From an uncultured bacterium (GTDB lineage Bacteria > Acidobacteriota > Aminicenantia > Aminicenantales > CALLJL01), in NCBI GenBank assembly GCA_938092135.1, contig CALLJL010000017.1, positions 62,259 to 126,258 on the forward strand: a DNA stretch of 64,000 bases, read 5' to 3'. A model generated the notes under the pieces. That model ran no database searches. It had not been told where the DNA came from and saw only the letters and a list, made by a program, of their open reading frames with translations. The position numbers and the translations under genes were made by a program. Positions 28,260 to 38,109 of this stretch are shown here, piece after piece. Numbering within the stretch: the first letter of the stretch is position 1; each line of letters begins with the position of its first letter.

Positions 28260-30104
28260 CTAAAGAACCTCAAGTATCCTGAGAGCCGCATCATATCGGC
28301 CTAAGGGAGGCGAAATCTGGATGCCTTGAACCATATCCTTGATCTTCTCAACAATTTCTTGGGCAATTGCGATCCCCTCCTCTCGGGCTCTTTCGGGACC
28401 GATTGCTTGGGCTCGGCGCATACGCTCCATAATTTCCTCAGGAACTCTAGCCCCTGGAACCTCATTATGCATGAATTCAGCATTGCGCAGGCTGGCTAAA
28501 GGCCATACTCCCGCAATAATCGGCAGATGATACCTTTCAACTCGGTTTAAAAAATCTTCTAAGAGTTTGACGTCAAAAACAGGTTGAGTAATGGCAAATT
28601 CGGCGCCCGCCTCCACCTTCCAATGAAAGCGGGACATTTCATAATCGATGTTTACAGCTCCAGGATTAACGCCCACACCAATAAGAAAGCTTGTTGGCGA
28701 GGGTAAACGACGTCGGCCAATGTCAAGACCTTTATTAAGAAAACTGACCAGGTTGGTTAAACCAATTGAATCAATATCAAAAACAGCCGTGGCATCGGGG
28801 TAATCACCTAGCTTAGGGGGATCTCCAGTAATTAGCAGAAGGTTTCGGATTCCATGGGCATGAATCCCGAGAAGGTCGGATTGAATACCCAGGAGGTTTC
28901 GATCGCGACAAGTATAATGAAGAATGACTTCAATACCAGCTTTAGCCTGAAGAAGAAAAGCCAAAGCCATGGAGCTCATTCGGGCACTCGCCCGAGGACC
29001 ATCGGGGATATTAACGCAATCCACGCCTTTTTCCTTCAACTTTCTTGCCACTTCAATAGCCTCGGAGGGATCACAACCTCTGGGAGGCACGACTTCAATA
29101 CTTACCACGAATTTTCCTTCGCTAAGTTTCTTTCCTAAAGCCGATTTCTCAGCCATAGGCTTTGGTTTTAGCTCCTTAGCCTCTTCAATTTCCTCCTGAA
29201 TTAAAATAATTTGGGGCTTGGCGGGCTGAAGAGATCGGATAGCTCCTCTTATCGCTCGAATATGGGCAGGAGTTGTGCCACAGCAGCCGCCAACAATACG
29301 CACTCCGTTAAGGATAAAACGGCGGGAATATTCAGCCAAATAATCGGGTGAACAGAGATAAATATTTCTTCCTTCAATATTTCTCGGCACTCCCGCATTG
29401 GGCATAGCAGAAAGTGGCTTTGAAGTTACCTTAACCATTCTTTCAATGCATTGAAGCATCGCGGCCGGACCAACTGAACAATTCACCCCAATGACATGGG
29501 CCCCCCATTCCTCAAGTTTTCGAGTAAATACCTCAGGAGTGGTCCCATAGAGACTGTTTCCGTCCTCCTCAATGGTCATCTGGGCCACAATTAACTTATC
29601 AGGGGCCTCTTTCTTCACAGCTTTTATCGCCTGATGAATTTCATTGATATCCGAAAAGGTTTCTAAAATGAAAAGGTCAACCCCGCCAGAAAGAAGAGCG
29701 GCCACCTGTTCCCTAAAGGCTTCTTCAACTTCTTCAACCGAAGTAGGACCCCAAGGCTCTATTTTTACGCCAAGGGGACCGATTGACCCGGCGACCCAGA
29801 CTCTCTTCCCAGCTTCTTCCCTGGCAATGGCTGCTCCAGCCTGATTAATTTCCTTGACTTTATCCTCAAGTCCATATTTTTTTAATTTAAATCGATTGGC
29901 CCCGAAGGTATTGGTTTCAATTATTTCAGCTCCAGCCTCAATGTATTCCCGATGAATTGATCGAACCAAATCAGGATTCGTTAAATTTACTTCATCAAAA
30001 CATAAATTAAGATAAATTCCCTTATTATATAACATCGTGCCCATAGCCCCATCGGCCAGTAAAACCCTTTCCTGAAGCAGGCCCAACCACTCTTCAATTT
30101 TCAT
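28260..30104 (-). CDS. yitJ: Bifunctional homocysteine S-methyltransferase / 5,10-methylenetetrahydrofolate reductase (YitJ-like)
   Basis: An N-terminal homocysteine-binding domain with the zinc-ligand motif VGGCCGTTPAHI, fused to a C-terminal MetF (MTHFR) domain. Confidence 0.8.
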   Translation of the reverse strand: MKIEEWLGLLQERVLLADGAMGTMLYNKGIYLNLCFDEVNLTNPDLVRSIHREYIEAGAEIIETNTFGANRFKLKKYGLEDKVKEINQAGAAIAREEAGKRVWVAGSIGPLGVKIEPWGPTSVEEVEEAFREQVAALLSGGVDLFILETFSDINEIHQAIKAVKKEAPDKLIVAQMTIEEDGNSLYGTTPEVFTRKLEEWGAHVIGVNCSVGPAAMLQCIERMVKVTSKPLSAMPNAGVPRNIEGRNIYLCSPDYLAEYSRRFILNGVRIVGGCCGTTPAHIRAIRGAIRSLQPAKPQIILIQEEIEEAKELKPKPMAEKSALGKKLSEGKFVVSIEVVPPRGCDPSEAIEVARKLKEKGVDCVNIPDGPRASARMSSMALAFLLQAKAGIEVILHYTCRDRNLLGIQSDLLGIHAHGIRNLLLITGDPPKLGDYPDATAVFDIDSIGLTNLVSFLNKGLDIGRRRLPSPTSFLIGVGVNPGAVNIDYEMSRFHWKVEAGAEFAITQPVFDVKLLEDFLNRVERYHLPIIAGVWPLASLRNAEFMHNEVPGARVPEEIMERMRRAQAIGPERAREEGIAIAQEIVEKIKDMVQGIQISPPLGRYDAALRILEVL

Positions 30105-30149
30105 TTCTTTCCTCCCCGGCTCTTAGGAAAAGGAAGTTATATGATTTTC

Positions 30150-30608
30150 TTATCTCAAAGGCGGTAGAATAAAGTCAAGACGATCCCCAATTTTAAGACC
30201 ATGTTTTCTCACCGAACCGCTAACAAGTTCTAAAACATAACGGGCTGGTCTTTCTGGAGTATAGGAGGGGCAAGGTTCAGATGGACAGGGGGGCACATCT
30301 TCCTCAATGTGGACAATCAGGCGATTGGAATCGAGCCAGAGCATATCTAAAGGAAAATATGTGTTTTTCATCCAAAAAGAGTAGTAATCTTCTTCTTCAA
30401 ATATGAAAAGCATTCCCTGGTCCTCTTTCATTCCCTTTCTGAACATAAGCCCCAGCTGTCTCTGCTCTTCTGTAATCGCCAATTCGGCTGTAATTTTATA
30501 ACCATCAGGAAAGGTTATTTTGATAAATTTTCTTTCATTTATAGAAAGATTAACAATAATTAAAAGACAGAACCCAATAACCAGTAATTTTTGGCCCTCT
30601 TTTCTCAT
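30150..30608 (-). CDS. DUF192 domain protein
   Basis: Signal/anchor plus PLDMLWLDSNRLIV, a DUF192-like core. Confidence 0.55.
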   Translation of the reverse strand: MRKEGQKLLVIGFCLLIIVNLSINERKFIKITFPDGYKITAELAITEEQRQLGLMFRKGMKEDQGMLFIFEEEDYYSFWMKNTYFPLDMLWLDSNRLIVHIEEDVPPCPSEPCPSYTPERPARYVLELVSGSVRKHGLKIGDRLDFILPPLR

Positions 30609-30632
30609 TTCATCTTTTTATTTTTTTAAATT

Positions 30633-31265
30633 TTAATGGGCAGTAATTAAAGGAACAAAACGAACAGGTAACAACTTTTTCTTTCTAAGACCGGCTTTTT
30701 CTTTTGTTACCAGAAAAAGCTCCTGAAAGGTTGAACCTACGGGAATAACCATTCGTCCATTAAGTTTAAGTTGTTCCTCAAGCGGCCGAGGTATTCTGGC
30801 CGGGGCCGCAGTAACAATAATGGCATCATAAGGGGAATTTTCTTCCCAACCAAAAGACCCATCGCCAATCTTGAAATGGATATTCCGATAACCCAGTTTG
30901 GCCAGCAGTTCCTGAGCCCGAAGAGAAAGCGAGGCGATTATTTCAACGGTATAAACCTCACTGACGATTTCAGCCAAAATAGCGCTTTGATATCCAGAAC
31001 CTGTGCCCACTTCGAGAACTTTGTCCTCTTGCTTCAAATTAAGGGCTTCCGTCATATAAGCAACTATATAAGGTTGGGATATAGTTTGTCCCTCGCCAAT
31101 GGGAACAGGTTCATCATTATAGGCATAATCAATCATATCCGGAGGAACAAAAAGATGACGGGGTACTTTTTTCATGGCCGATATGACTCTTTCATCTTTG
31201 ATTCCCCGAGCCACAATTTGAGTCTCGACCATTCTTAATCGGTTTTCTAACCAGGGATCTTCCAT
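30633..31265 (-). CDS. pcm: Protein-L-isoaspartate O-methyltransferase
   Basis: SAM-binding motif VLEVGTGSGYQ and DAIIVTAAP. Confidence 0.85.
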   Translation of the reverse strand: MEDPWLENRLRMVETQIVARGIKDERVISAMKKVPRHLFVPPDMIDYAYNDEPVPIGEGQTISQPYIVAYMTEALNLKQEDKVLEVGTGSGYQSAILAEIVSEVYTVEIIASLSLRAQELLAKLGYRNIHFKIGDGSFGWEENSPYDAIIVTAAPARIPRPLEEQLKLNGRMVIPVGSTFQELFLVTKEKAGLRKKKLLPVRFVPLITAH

Positions 31266-31292
31266 TCCAGACCCCCCGAAATTTTAGAAATT

Positions 31293-32744
31293 TCAATAGG
31301 CCCGGGCAAAATAAACATATTCAGAGGCCAGCTGGCCACAGTAAACGCAATTTCCTTTGCCCTCCTTAACTTTTTCAAGGGGAATCACCCTGATCGTGGC
31401 CGCTGTCTCTTCTTTGATGGACTCTTCACAGGTTTCTTGACCACACCACCAGGCTCTGATAAAGCCACGTCTATCCTCAATTATTTTTTTGAAATCTTCA
31501 TAGTTATCGACATCGTGGGTGTTTCTTCGCTGGAACTCAAGAGCCTGATTAAACATATTTTTCTGGATTTCTTCTAAAAGATTGGTTATCTTCCCTTCTA
31601 AGTTATCCATACTTGTAGTCAATTTTTCACCATTATCCCGGCGAACAAGAACAACTTGCTGCTGATTGATATCTTTTGGTCCTATTTCGAGACGAAGGGG
31701 AACGCCTCTCATTTCATATTCAGCAAATTTCCATCCCGGAGTGTATTCTTCTCGGCTATCAAGCTTTACTCTGATTTTCGCAGCCATTAATCTCCTTTCC
31801 AAGTCAACGGCCACAGGGAGAACAGTTTCTTTCCACCGGCCAATGGAGATGGGGACGATTATAACTTGAATCGGAGCAATATGAGGAGGCAACCTAAGCC
31901 CCGAATCATCTCCATGACTCATAATTATTGCTCCAATTAAACGAGTTGAAACTCCCCACGATGTCTGCCAGACGTATTGAAGATTCTGATTGGAATCTTC
32001 AAAGCGAATATTAAAAACTCGGGAGAAATGCTGACCAAGATGATGGGAGGTGCCCATCTGCAAAGCTCGTCCATCCGACATCAAAGCTTCCACTGAATAA
32101 GTCTCTAAGGCACCAGCAAATTTCTCGCGGGATGTCTTTTTTCCGACAACGACTGGAATGGCCAACTCAGTTTCGATGAATTCCCGATAGAGATTTAAAA
32201 TTTTGAGTGTTTCCTCTCGAGCTTCTTCTTCAGTGGCGTGAGCCGTATGTCCTTCCTGCCATAAGAATTCAGTTGTACGAAGAAATGGTCGCGTTACTTT
32301 TTCCCAGCGAACAACATTGGCCCACTGATTGATTAAAATCGGCAAATCTCTCCAAGATTGAATCCATTTAGAGTACATGGCGCCAATAATGGCCTCAGAA
32401 GTAGGCCTCACTGCCAGCCTTTCTTCAAGCTCTTCCTGACCACCATGGGTTACCCAAGCAACCTCAGGAGCAAATCCCTTAAGATGCTCCATCTCCTTTT
32501 TGAGAAAGCTTTCAGGAATGAAAAGGGGAAAATAGGCATTAACGTGACCTGAAGCTTTAATCCTTCGATCAAGGAGCTGTTGAATATTCTCCCAAATAGC
32601 ATATCCATAAGGACGAATTACCATCATCCCTTTCATGGGAGCATAATCCGCCAGCTCTGCTCGGCGAATGACATCCACATACCATCGAGAGAAATCTTCG
32701 CTTTTTGGAGTTATTTGGGTTACCAGACGTTCTTCCTTCTTCAC
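31293..32744 (-). CDS. proS: Proline--tRNA ligase, archaeal/eukaryotic-type
   Basis: Class II aaRS motifs, no bacterial insertion domain, a C-terminal Zn ribbon (CVYCGQ), and a terminal Tyr. Confidence 0.9.
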   Translation of the reverse strand: MKKEERLVTQITPKSEDFSRWYVDVIRRAELADYAPMKGMMVIRPYGYAIWENIQQLLDRRIKASGHVNAYFPLFIPESFLKKEMEHLKGFAPEVAWVTHGGQEELEERLAVRPTSEAIIGAMYSKWIQSWRDLPILINQWANVVRWEKVTRPFLRTTEFLWQEGHTAHATEEEAREETLKILNLYREFIETELAIPVVVGKKTSREKFAGALETYSVEALMSDGRALQMGTSHHLGQHFSRVFNIRFEDSNQNLQYVWQTSWGVSTRLIGAIIMSHGDDSGLRLPPHIAPIQVIIVPISIGRWKETVLPVAVDLERRLMAAKIRVKLDSREEYTPGWKFAEYEMRGVPLRLEIGPKDINQQQVVLVRRDNGEKLTTSMDNLEGKITNLLEEIQKNMFNQALEFQRRNTHDVDNYEDFKKIIEDRRGFIRAWWCGQETCEESIKEETAATIRVIPLEKVKEGKGNCVYCGQLASEYVYFARAY

Positions 32745-32997
32745 CGCTTAACCTCTCCGTTTAAACGCTGTCATTCTAACGATTTATGAGGAATTTTGTC
32801 AAGGATTGGATTTATCAAAATCTTAATAAAGTATATGCTTTTTTTATTATAAGAAATGGTTAAGATTAATTAAGTAGGGTGAAAGAAGAGAAGTTATCCT
32901 CAAGCCTATTTTCACCCCTTATTTCATCGACAGAGGTGATTGACCCTTTATTTTCCAGCCGACATGATAAAAATGAAAAAATAAGAGGAAGAAATCC

Positions 32998-33357
32998 ATG
33001 AATTTTGATAGAGTGAATAATGATGGGCCAATAACTATTGGCGGCGACAAAGTTTTTAATCTCCCCTTACCTACCCTGGTCGAAGGAGAAACTCCTACCG
33101 GCGAGAGCTTCCAAGAAAAGACAGTGCTTAATTACATAAGCCACCAAGGAGCTATTTTTCAGCTTAAAAGTCCAGTAACTATAGGCACTCGATTGCGGCT
33201 GGCCATCGATCTGCCGCGTGCCCTGGCTGAAGACAGAAATCTTAAACTGATCATCCGGGGTCAGGTAATTTTAGTTGAAAGGTTGATGAACAGGAAAAAA
33301 CGACAGCGAATAACCCTAAAATTTGAAAATAAATATTTTATTAAAGAAAAAATTTAA
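32998..33357 (+). CDS. PilZ-like domain protein, degenerate paralog of 34337..34768
   Basis: Aligns with the downstream PilZ protein but lacks the RxxxR motif. NYISHQG stands in for the D/NxSxxG motif. Confidence 0.45.
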   Translation: MNFDRVNNDGPITIGGDKVFNLPLPTLVEGETPTGESFQEKTVLNYISHQGAIFQLKSPVTIGTRLRLAIDLPRALAEDRNLKLIIRGQVILVERLMNRKKRQRITLKFENKYFIKEKI

Positions 33358-33541
33358 TTTTTGAGAATATTTCTTTTTTAAATCGTCATATTATTGTCTT
33401 TATTTCTTAGCTCATCCAAGGCGTTGCCGGAGGAGAAGAAAGATTAAATTCTTTCCTCTCCTCCAGTTCAAAAAATTAAATTCATTAATCCCTAATATAT
33501 TTTTAAAGGTTAATATATAAATCCGTTAATTTGAATCTCCC

Positions 33542-33570
33542 TTGACAATCCTTTTTTCTCTCAATAAAAT
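33542..33570 (+). promoter_or_regulatory. Sigma70-like promoter: TTGACA, 17-nt spacer, TAAAAT
   Basis: TTGACA at 33542-33547 and TAAAAT at 33565-33570, 48 nt upstream of the regulator's start codon. Confidence 0.4.
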
Positions 33571-33617
33571 CACTTTGAAAAGAGATTCATTTTGAGCGGC
33601 GAAGGGAGCAAAAAGTA

Positions 33618-34307
33618 ATGCCTAGGAGAAGCCAAAAAGCCCCGGAAATTGAAAAAATAAAGTTGCTTGTTTTTTGCCCTTCGGAGCTTGTTTTGGCCGG
33701 CATTCTCAAATCGCTTGAGCTGGCTAAGGATATCACTGTTATCCACATCGAAAGGGGCCCAATTGAAAATCTTATGGAAGCGATGAAGAAATTGAAACCG
33801 CAGGTCATTCTTTTTGCCAATACAGAAATGCTTCCTAATCTCAAGGAAATCTGCAAGGCCATAAAGGAATTCCTCAAAGCCCAAGGGCAGGGCCATCTTC
33901 TTCTTCTTGGCAATATTTCTTCCCATGAAGAAATTGTAGGGTTGATGAACGCCGGGGCCCGCGGCTATTTTGACCTAAATAATCCCTCGCAGGAGCTCCC
34001 TGAAGCCATTCGAGTTGTCCAGCGAGGCGAAATTTGGCTTCCCCGCGATAAAATGAGTTCAATTATGGATAGAATTATCTCGGTCGTGGGCCGAGATTTC
34101 AAAGAAAAAACCCTCGATCAGTTAACCCCTATGGAATTTCAAGTCCTGAAGCTTATCGGCCAAGGTCGATCAAATGATGAAATTGCCAAAATTTTGTTCA
34201 TAAGCAAAAATACAGTTCGCTCCCATATCAAAAGTATTTATGCTAAATTAAATACCCATAGCCGTCTTCAGCTTGCCCTTTATGCCATTAACTCGGCCCT
34301 CTTTTAA
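33618..34307 (+). CDS. LuxR-family transcriptional regulator with a pseudo-receiver domain
   Basis: C-terminal LuxR HTH (SNDEIAKILFISKNTVRSHIKSIY). The N-terminal receiver-like fold lacks the acidic pocket and phospho-Asp (ILFANTEM where D is expected). WLPR at residues 140-143 resembles the VpsT W[FLM][TS]R c-di-GMP motif. Confidence 0.7.
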   Translation: MPRRSQKAPEIEKIKLLVFCPSELVLAGILKSLELAKDITVIHIERGPIENLMEAMKKLKPQVILFANTEMLPNLKEICKAIKEFLKAQGQGHLLLLGNISSHEEIVGLMNAGARGYFDLNNPSQELPEAIRVVQRGEIWLPRDKMSSIMDRIISVVGRDFKEKTLDQLTPMEFQVLKLIGQGRSNDEIAKILFISKNTVRSHIKSIYAKLNTHSRLQLALYAINSALF

Positions 34308-34336
34308 ATCAACACCTGTTTTCGAGGAGAAAGTCA

Positions 34337-34768
34337 ATGAGAAATGGTCAAGAAGGAGGGAAAAAAAGAGCGAAATTTAGCCAGAAAAAAACTTCTTTAA
34401 AAAGGTCAGTCCGCTTACCCATCATAGTCAGCAATCGTCGCCGAGAATGGCGTTTCGATTTGCCGCTTGAGGCTGTGGTCAAAGGACAATTGCCCCAGGG
34501 TAAGCCCTTTGAAGAAACAACCACCATTGAAAATATTAGCTCGGGCGGTGCCTATTTTGGCCTCAACTCAGAAGTTGTTATCGGCTCCAAGCTTGACCTC
34601 ACTATTAATTTACCTGAGAAACTAACCGAGGGAAGGAAAATGCAGCTTGTGGTCAGTGGCACCACTGTCCGCTTGGAAAAAGCAGAGAAAAAAGGCAAAA
34701 AACAGGGAGTGGCCGTGCGCTTCGGCCGGAATTATAAATTTGTAGCTGTTGGCAAATCAGAAAGTTAA
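34337..34768 (+). CDS. PilZ domain protein (c-di-GMP receptor-like)
   Basis: RRREWR (the RxxxR motif) and NISSGG (the D/NxSxxG motif). Confidence 0.6.
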   Translation: MRNGQEGGKKRAKFSQKKTSLKRSVRLPIIVSNRRREWRFDLPLEAVVKGQLPQGKPFEETTTIENISSGGAYFGLNSEVVIGSKLDLTINLPEKLTEGRKMQLVVSGTTVRLEKAEKKGKKQGVAVRFGRNYKFVAVGKSES

Positions 34769-34798
34769 ATTAAATTTTGTTAATAGCCCACCTTAATT

Positions 34799-35437
34799 AT
34801 GCCTTTTCTTAAAGTGGCCCTAACCGGTGGAATTGCTTGTGGCAAATCCATTGTCGGTCAATACTTAAAAAAGAAAGGCTGCTACTGGCATCAGGCTGAT
34901 GTTGTCGCCCACCGGCTCATGGCTCCAGGAAAAAAAGCATGGAAAGCTATTGTTGACCATTTCGGCCTCGAAATTCTCAATGACGATGGAACCATAAATC
35001 GTCGTAGGTTGGGAGATATAGTTTTTTCTAATCCAAAAGAAAGAGAATTTCTCAATCACCTCATTCATCCCCTCGTCTTGAAGAAAAAAGAAGAAACTCT
35101 CCGGCGGCTCGAGAAAACTGGTAAAAGTGGCATTTTTATTTCTGAGGCTGCCCTAACCATTGAAGCTGGCTTTGCCTCCTTTTTCGATAAAATCATTGTA
35201 GTCTATTGCCCAGAGGAGATCCAGGTTGAACGCCTCATGGCAAGAAACAATCTTTCCCGGGAAGAAGCCTTAAAGAGAATTAAGGCTCAATTGCCGTTGG
35301 AGGAAAAGCTTAAATATGCTGATTATATTATTGATGCTTCAGGAACAATCGAACAAACAATTGCCCAGACTGAAAAGGTTTATCAATCCCTTCTCCAGGA
35401 TCTTGAAGCTAAAAAGTTAGCCCTTTCAACTTTTTAA
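34799..35437 (+). CDS. coaE: Dephospho-CoA kinase
   Basis: P-loop VALTGGIACGKS. Confidence 0.85.
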   Translation: MPFLKVALTGGIACGKSIVGQYLKKKGCYWHQADVVAHRLMAPGKKAWKAIVDHFGLEILNDDGTINRRRLGDIVFSNPKEREFLNHLIHPLVLKKKEETLRRLEKTGKSGIFISEAALTIEAGFASFFDKIIVVYCPEEIQVERLMARNNLSREEALKRIKAQLPLEEKLKYADYIIDASGTIEQTIAQTEKVYQSLLQDLEAKKLALSTF

Positions 35438-36391
35438 ACAGGCGGCCAAAAGGGGGATCATAATTTCGTGGTGACCAATAAAATAATATCCTTTGCCTTT
35501 ATTGCCCACTATCCTTCTGATGACATTCTGTTCGGGCCGATAATGACGGATAAAATCAAAAACAGCTGTGGTAAAATTTTCCAGCAACTTCCCCTGATTA
35601 CGAACATAGCTGACAGCTTTTAGAAAAACTTCGGGCAGGATAACCGCTGAGCCAACATTGAGGTAAACGCCACCTCCCTCAAGTTTCTCCACCTGGGAGC
35701 AGAAAATAAAAAAATCGCGCAGGGAAGTCTTACCAATGGCTTCACCACTAGCCTGGGGATGCATATGAATGACGTCAGTGCCAATGGCCACATGAACTGT
35801 GACCGGTAAATTTAAACGAAAGGCGGAAGCAAGGAGACTCAAATTTTTATAGGGAAAATCAGAGCCAGCAATCATTTCTCCCACAGCTTCGCCCAAACCT
35901 AAACTTTTTTCAGCTCCGCGGATTATAGCCTGATTTAAAAACTGCGCCGTTTCTCTGGTCATTCCAAAGGAACCCGATTCAAGCTGGCTGGAAACATCTT
36001 CAGAGGTCTGACCACAATAGGCAATTTCAAAATCATGGATAATACCTGCCCCATTTAAGGCCAGAGCCGAAATAAACCCTCTTTCCATCAAATCAATAAG
36101 GATGGAATTTAAGCCAACTTTAATAACATGGGCGCCCATTCCCAAAATAGTCGGTTTTCTTAACGAAACAGCTTTTCTGATCGCGGCGACGAGTTCCCGA
36201 AAATTCTTAGCTGCCAGAATATCAGGCCAGCTTTCAAGAAATTGATTAAAGGGTTTATCCGGTGAAAAAGGGGAGCCAAATTGAGTCACATTGACCTTGC
36301 TTAATCTTTCTTTAATTGAAATTGTTTTTAGATCTGAGGGCATAATTTCTTCCGTTAAGAACCAATTAATCCTGTGTGTCTTCAGATTCAA
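35426..36391 (-). CDS. Deoxyhypusine synthase-like protein
   Basis: VGLNSILIDLMERGFISALALNGAGIIHDFE aligns with the deoxyhypusine synthase (DHS) core [31 protein letters not shown]. The start may be the internal Met, since the annotated 5' end overlaps the HU gene. Confidence 0.45.
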   Translation of the reverse strand: MNLKTHRINWFLTEEIMPSDLKTISIKERLSKVNVTQFGSPFSPDKPFNQFLESWPDILAAKNFRELVAAIRKAVSLRKPTILGMGAHVIKVGLNSILIDLMERGFISALALNGAGIIHDFEIAYCGQTSEDVSSQLESGSFGMTRETAQFLNQAIIRGAEKSLGLGEAVGEMIAGSDFPYKNLSLLASAFRLNLPVTVHVAIGTDVIHMHPQASGEAIGKTSLRDFFIFCSQVEKLEGGGVYLNVGSAVILPEVFLKAVSYVRNQGKLLENFTTAVFDFIRHYRPEQNVIRRIVGNKGKGYYFIGHHEIMIPLLAACLKS

Positions 36392-36659
36392 GGATCAATC
36401 CCTTCAATTCTCGTCCACAAAAGAATTTTATCCTTTTCCCTTCAGGAATCGCGATCTGGCTCTTACGGCGAATATCCCGGCCAAAACCTGTTTTTTTATT
36501 CAATACCCGGAAACTACCAAAGCCTCTTATCTCGATCTTACCGGTCTCGATAAGTCCTTTTTTTAAATATTTAAGAATGACTTCAACGAAAGCAACTGAT
36601 TTTGAATGACTCAAATTGATGTTTTTTTCTATAGCTGCAACAAGATCATTTTTAATCAT
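36366..36659 (-). CDS. HU/IHF-family DNA-binding protein
   Basis: GFGSF arm motif; 97 aa. Confidence 0.8.
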   Translation of the reverse strand: MIKNDLVAAIEKNINLSHSKSVAFVEVILKYLKKGLIETGKIEIRGFGSFRVLNKKTGFGRDIRRKSQIAIPEGKRIKFFCGRELKGLILESEDTQD

Positions 36660-36792
36660 TGGGATTCCTCCCGTTTGAAAAATTAACGATATGATTATTT
36701 AAATTCAAACTTTCTGTCAAGAGTTAAAGAAAATAGCTGACTCGATTATTTCCATTGACTTAAAATCATTTCCCTTTTATAATTTTAACATC

Positions 36793-38082
36793 GTGGTTAA
36801 ACTTTTTCTCCCTGTTTTAATTTTTCTCTCCCTATTTGCATCGGTAGTCCAGGGGGCGATCTTATTAATTGAAGTGGATGCACCTATCCACCCCATCACC
36901 TCTGAATATATCCGTCAGGCCATTGATCGGGCTGAAAAAGAAGACGTCAAGCTTTTAATTATTCAGCTCAACACACCCGGTGGACTCGACTCCTCAATGA
37001 GAGAGATAATTTCCCGAATTTTAAGCTCAAAAATACCTGTCGCCACCTATGTTAGCCCAAGTGGAGCCAGAGCTGCCTCCGCAGGCTTTTTCATTGGGAT
37101 CGCCTGTGATCTTTTTGTTATGGCTCCAGGAACAAATACCGGGGCAGCTCATCCGGTAGGTATTTCTATTACTGGACAGCAAATGGATAAAACTATGGAG
37201 GAGAAGGTTCTTCAAGATTCTATCTCCTATATAAAAACAATTGCTGAGAAAAGAGGTCGCAATGTGCAAGCCGCGGTAAGAGCGGTAAAAGAAAGCACTT
37301 CTTATACCGAAAAGGAGGCCTTGGAAAACAAATTAATTGATTATATTGCCAGCAATATAAACGACCTTATCGGTTATTTCGATGGGAAAAAAATTAAGCG
37401 CTTTGACGGCCAGGAAATTCTTTTAAGCTTGAAAGATGAGCCTCTTATTACTATGCCTATGTCGAAGAGACAAAAATTCTTAATCACCATTTCCAACCCT
37501 AATTTTGCCTATATATTATTAATGCTTGGGCTTCTTGGGCTTTACTTTGAATTTTCTAATCCCGGAGCCATTCTCCCTGGGGTTCTGGGAGGTATTTCGC
37601 TCCTTCTGGCAATTTTCGCTTTCCAGATTTTGCCTATAAATTATGTTGGCCTCCTCCTTATTCTTTTGGCTATTGGTCTTTTGATCCTTGAAGTTAAAGT
37701 CCAAAGTTATGGAGTTTTAACCGTCGGCGGAATTATTGCCATGATTATTGGCTCAATGATGTTAGTCAACTCACCTTTGCCTGAATTGCGTCCGAGCATT
37801 CATATCATCATCCCGGTAGCTATAAGCCTGTCGCTAATTTTTCTCTTTCTCATCATTCTGGTGGTTAAGGCCCATATGAGACGAGCAATTACCGGTCGTG
37901 AAGGCTTGATTGGCGAAACCGGAACAGCCCAAACTGACCTTAATCCTTCGGGTAAGGTATTTGTTCATGGGGAAATCTGGAATGCTGAAGCCCCTGAATT
38001 CATCCCTAAGGGAACAAAGGTTCAGGTGGTTGAGGTGCTTAACGGATTGAAAATCAGGGTAAAGAAGGCACAGGCTAATTGA
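36793..38082 (+). CDS. NfeD-family membrane-bound ClpP-class serine protease
   Basis: N-terminal ClpP-like domain, transmembrane segments and a C-terminal OB domain, upstream of an SPFH gene. Confidence 0.8.
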   Translation: MVKLFLPVLIFLSLFASVVQGAILLIEVDAPIHPITSEYIRQAIDRAEKEDVKLLIIQLNTPGGLDSSMREIISRILSSKIPVATYVSPSGARAASAGFFIGIACDLFVMAPGTNTGAAHPVGISITGQQMDKTMEEKVLQDSISYIKTIAEKRGRNVQAAVRAVKESTSYTEKEALENKLIDYIASNINDLIGYFDGKKIKRFDGQEILLSLKDEPLITMPMSKRQKFLITISNPNFAYILLMLGLLGLYFEFSNPGAILPGVLGGISLLLAIFAFQILPINYVGLLLILLAIGLLILEVKVQSYGVLTVGGIIAMIIGSMMLVNSPLPELRPSIHIIIPVAISLSLIFLFLIILVVKAHMRRAITGREGLIGETGTAQTDLNPSGKVFVHGEIWNAEAPEFIPKGTKVQVVEVLNGLKIRVKKAQAN

Positions 38083-38109
38083 TAAATTAACTTTCTAAAG
38101 GAGGGAAAA

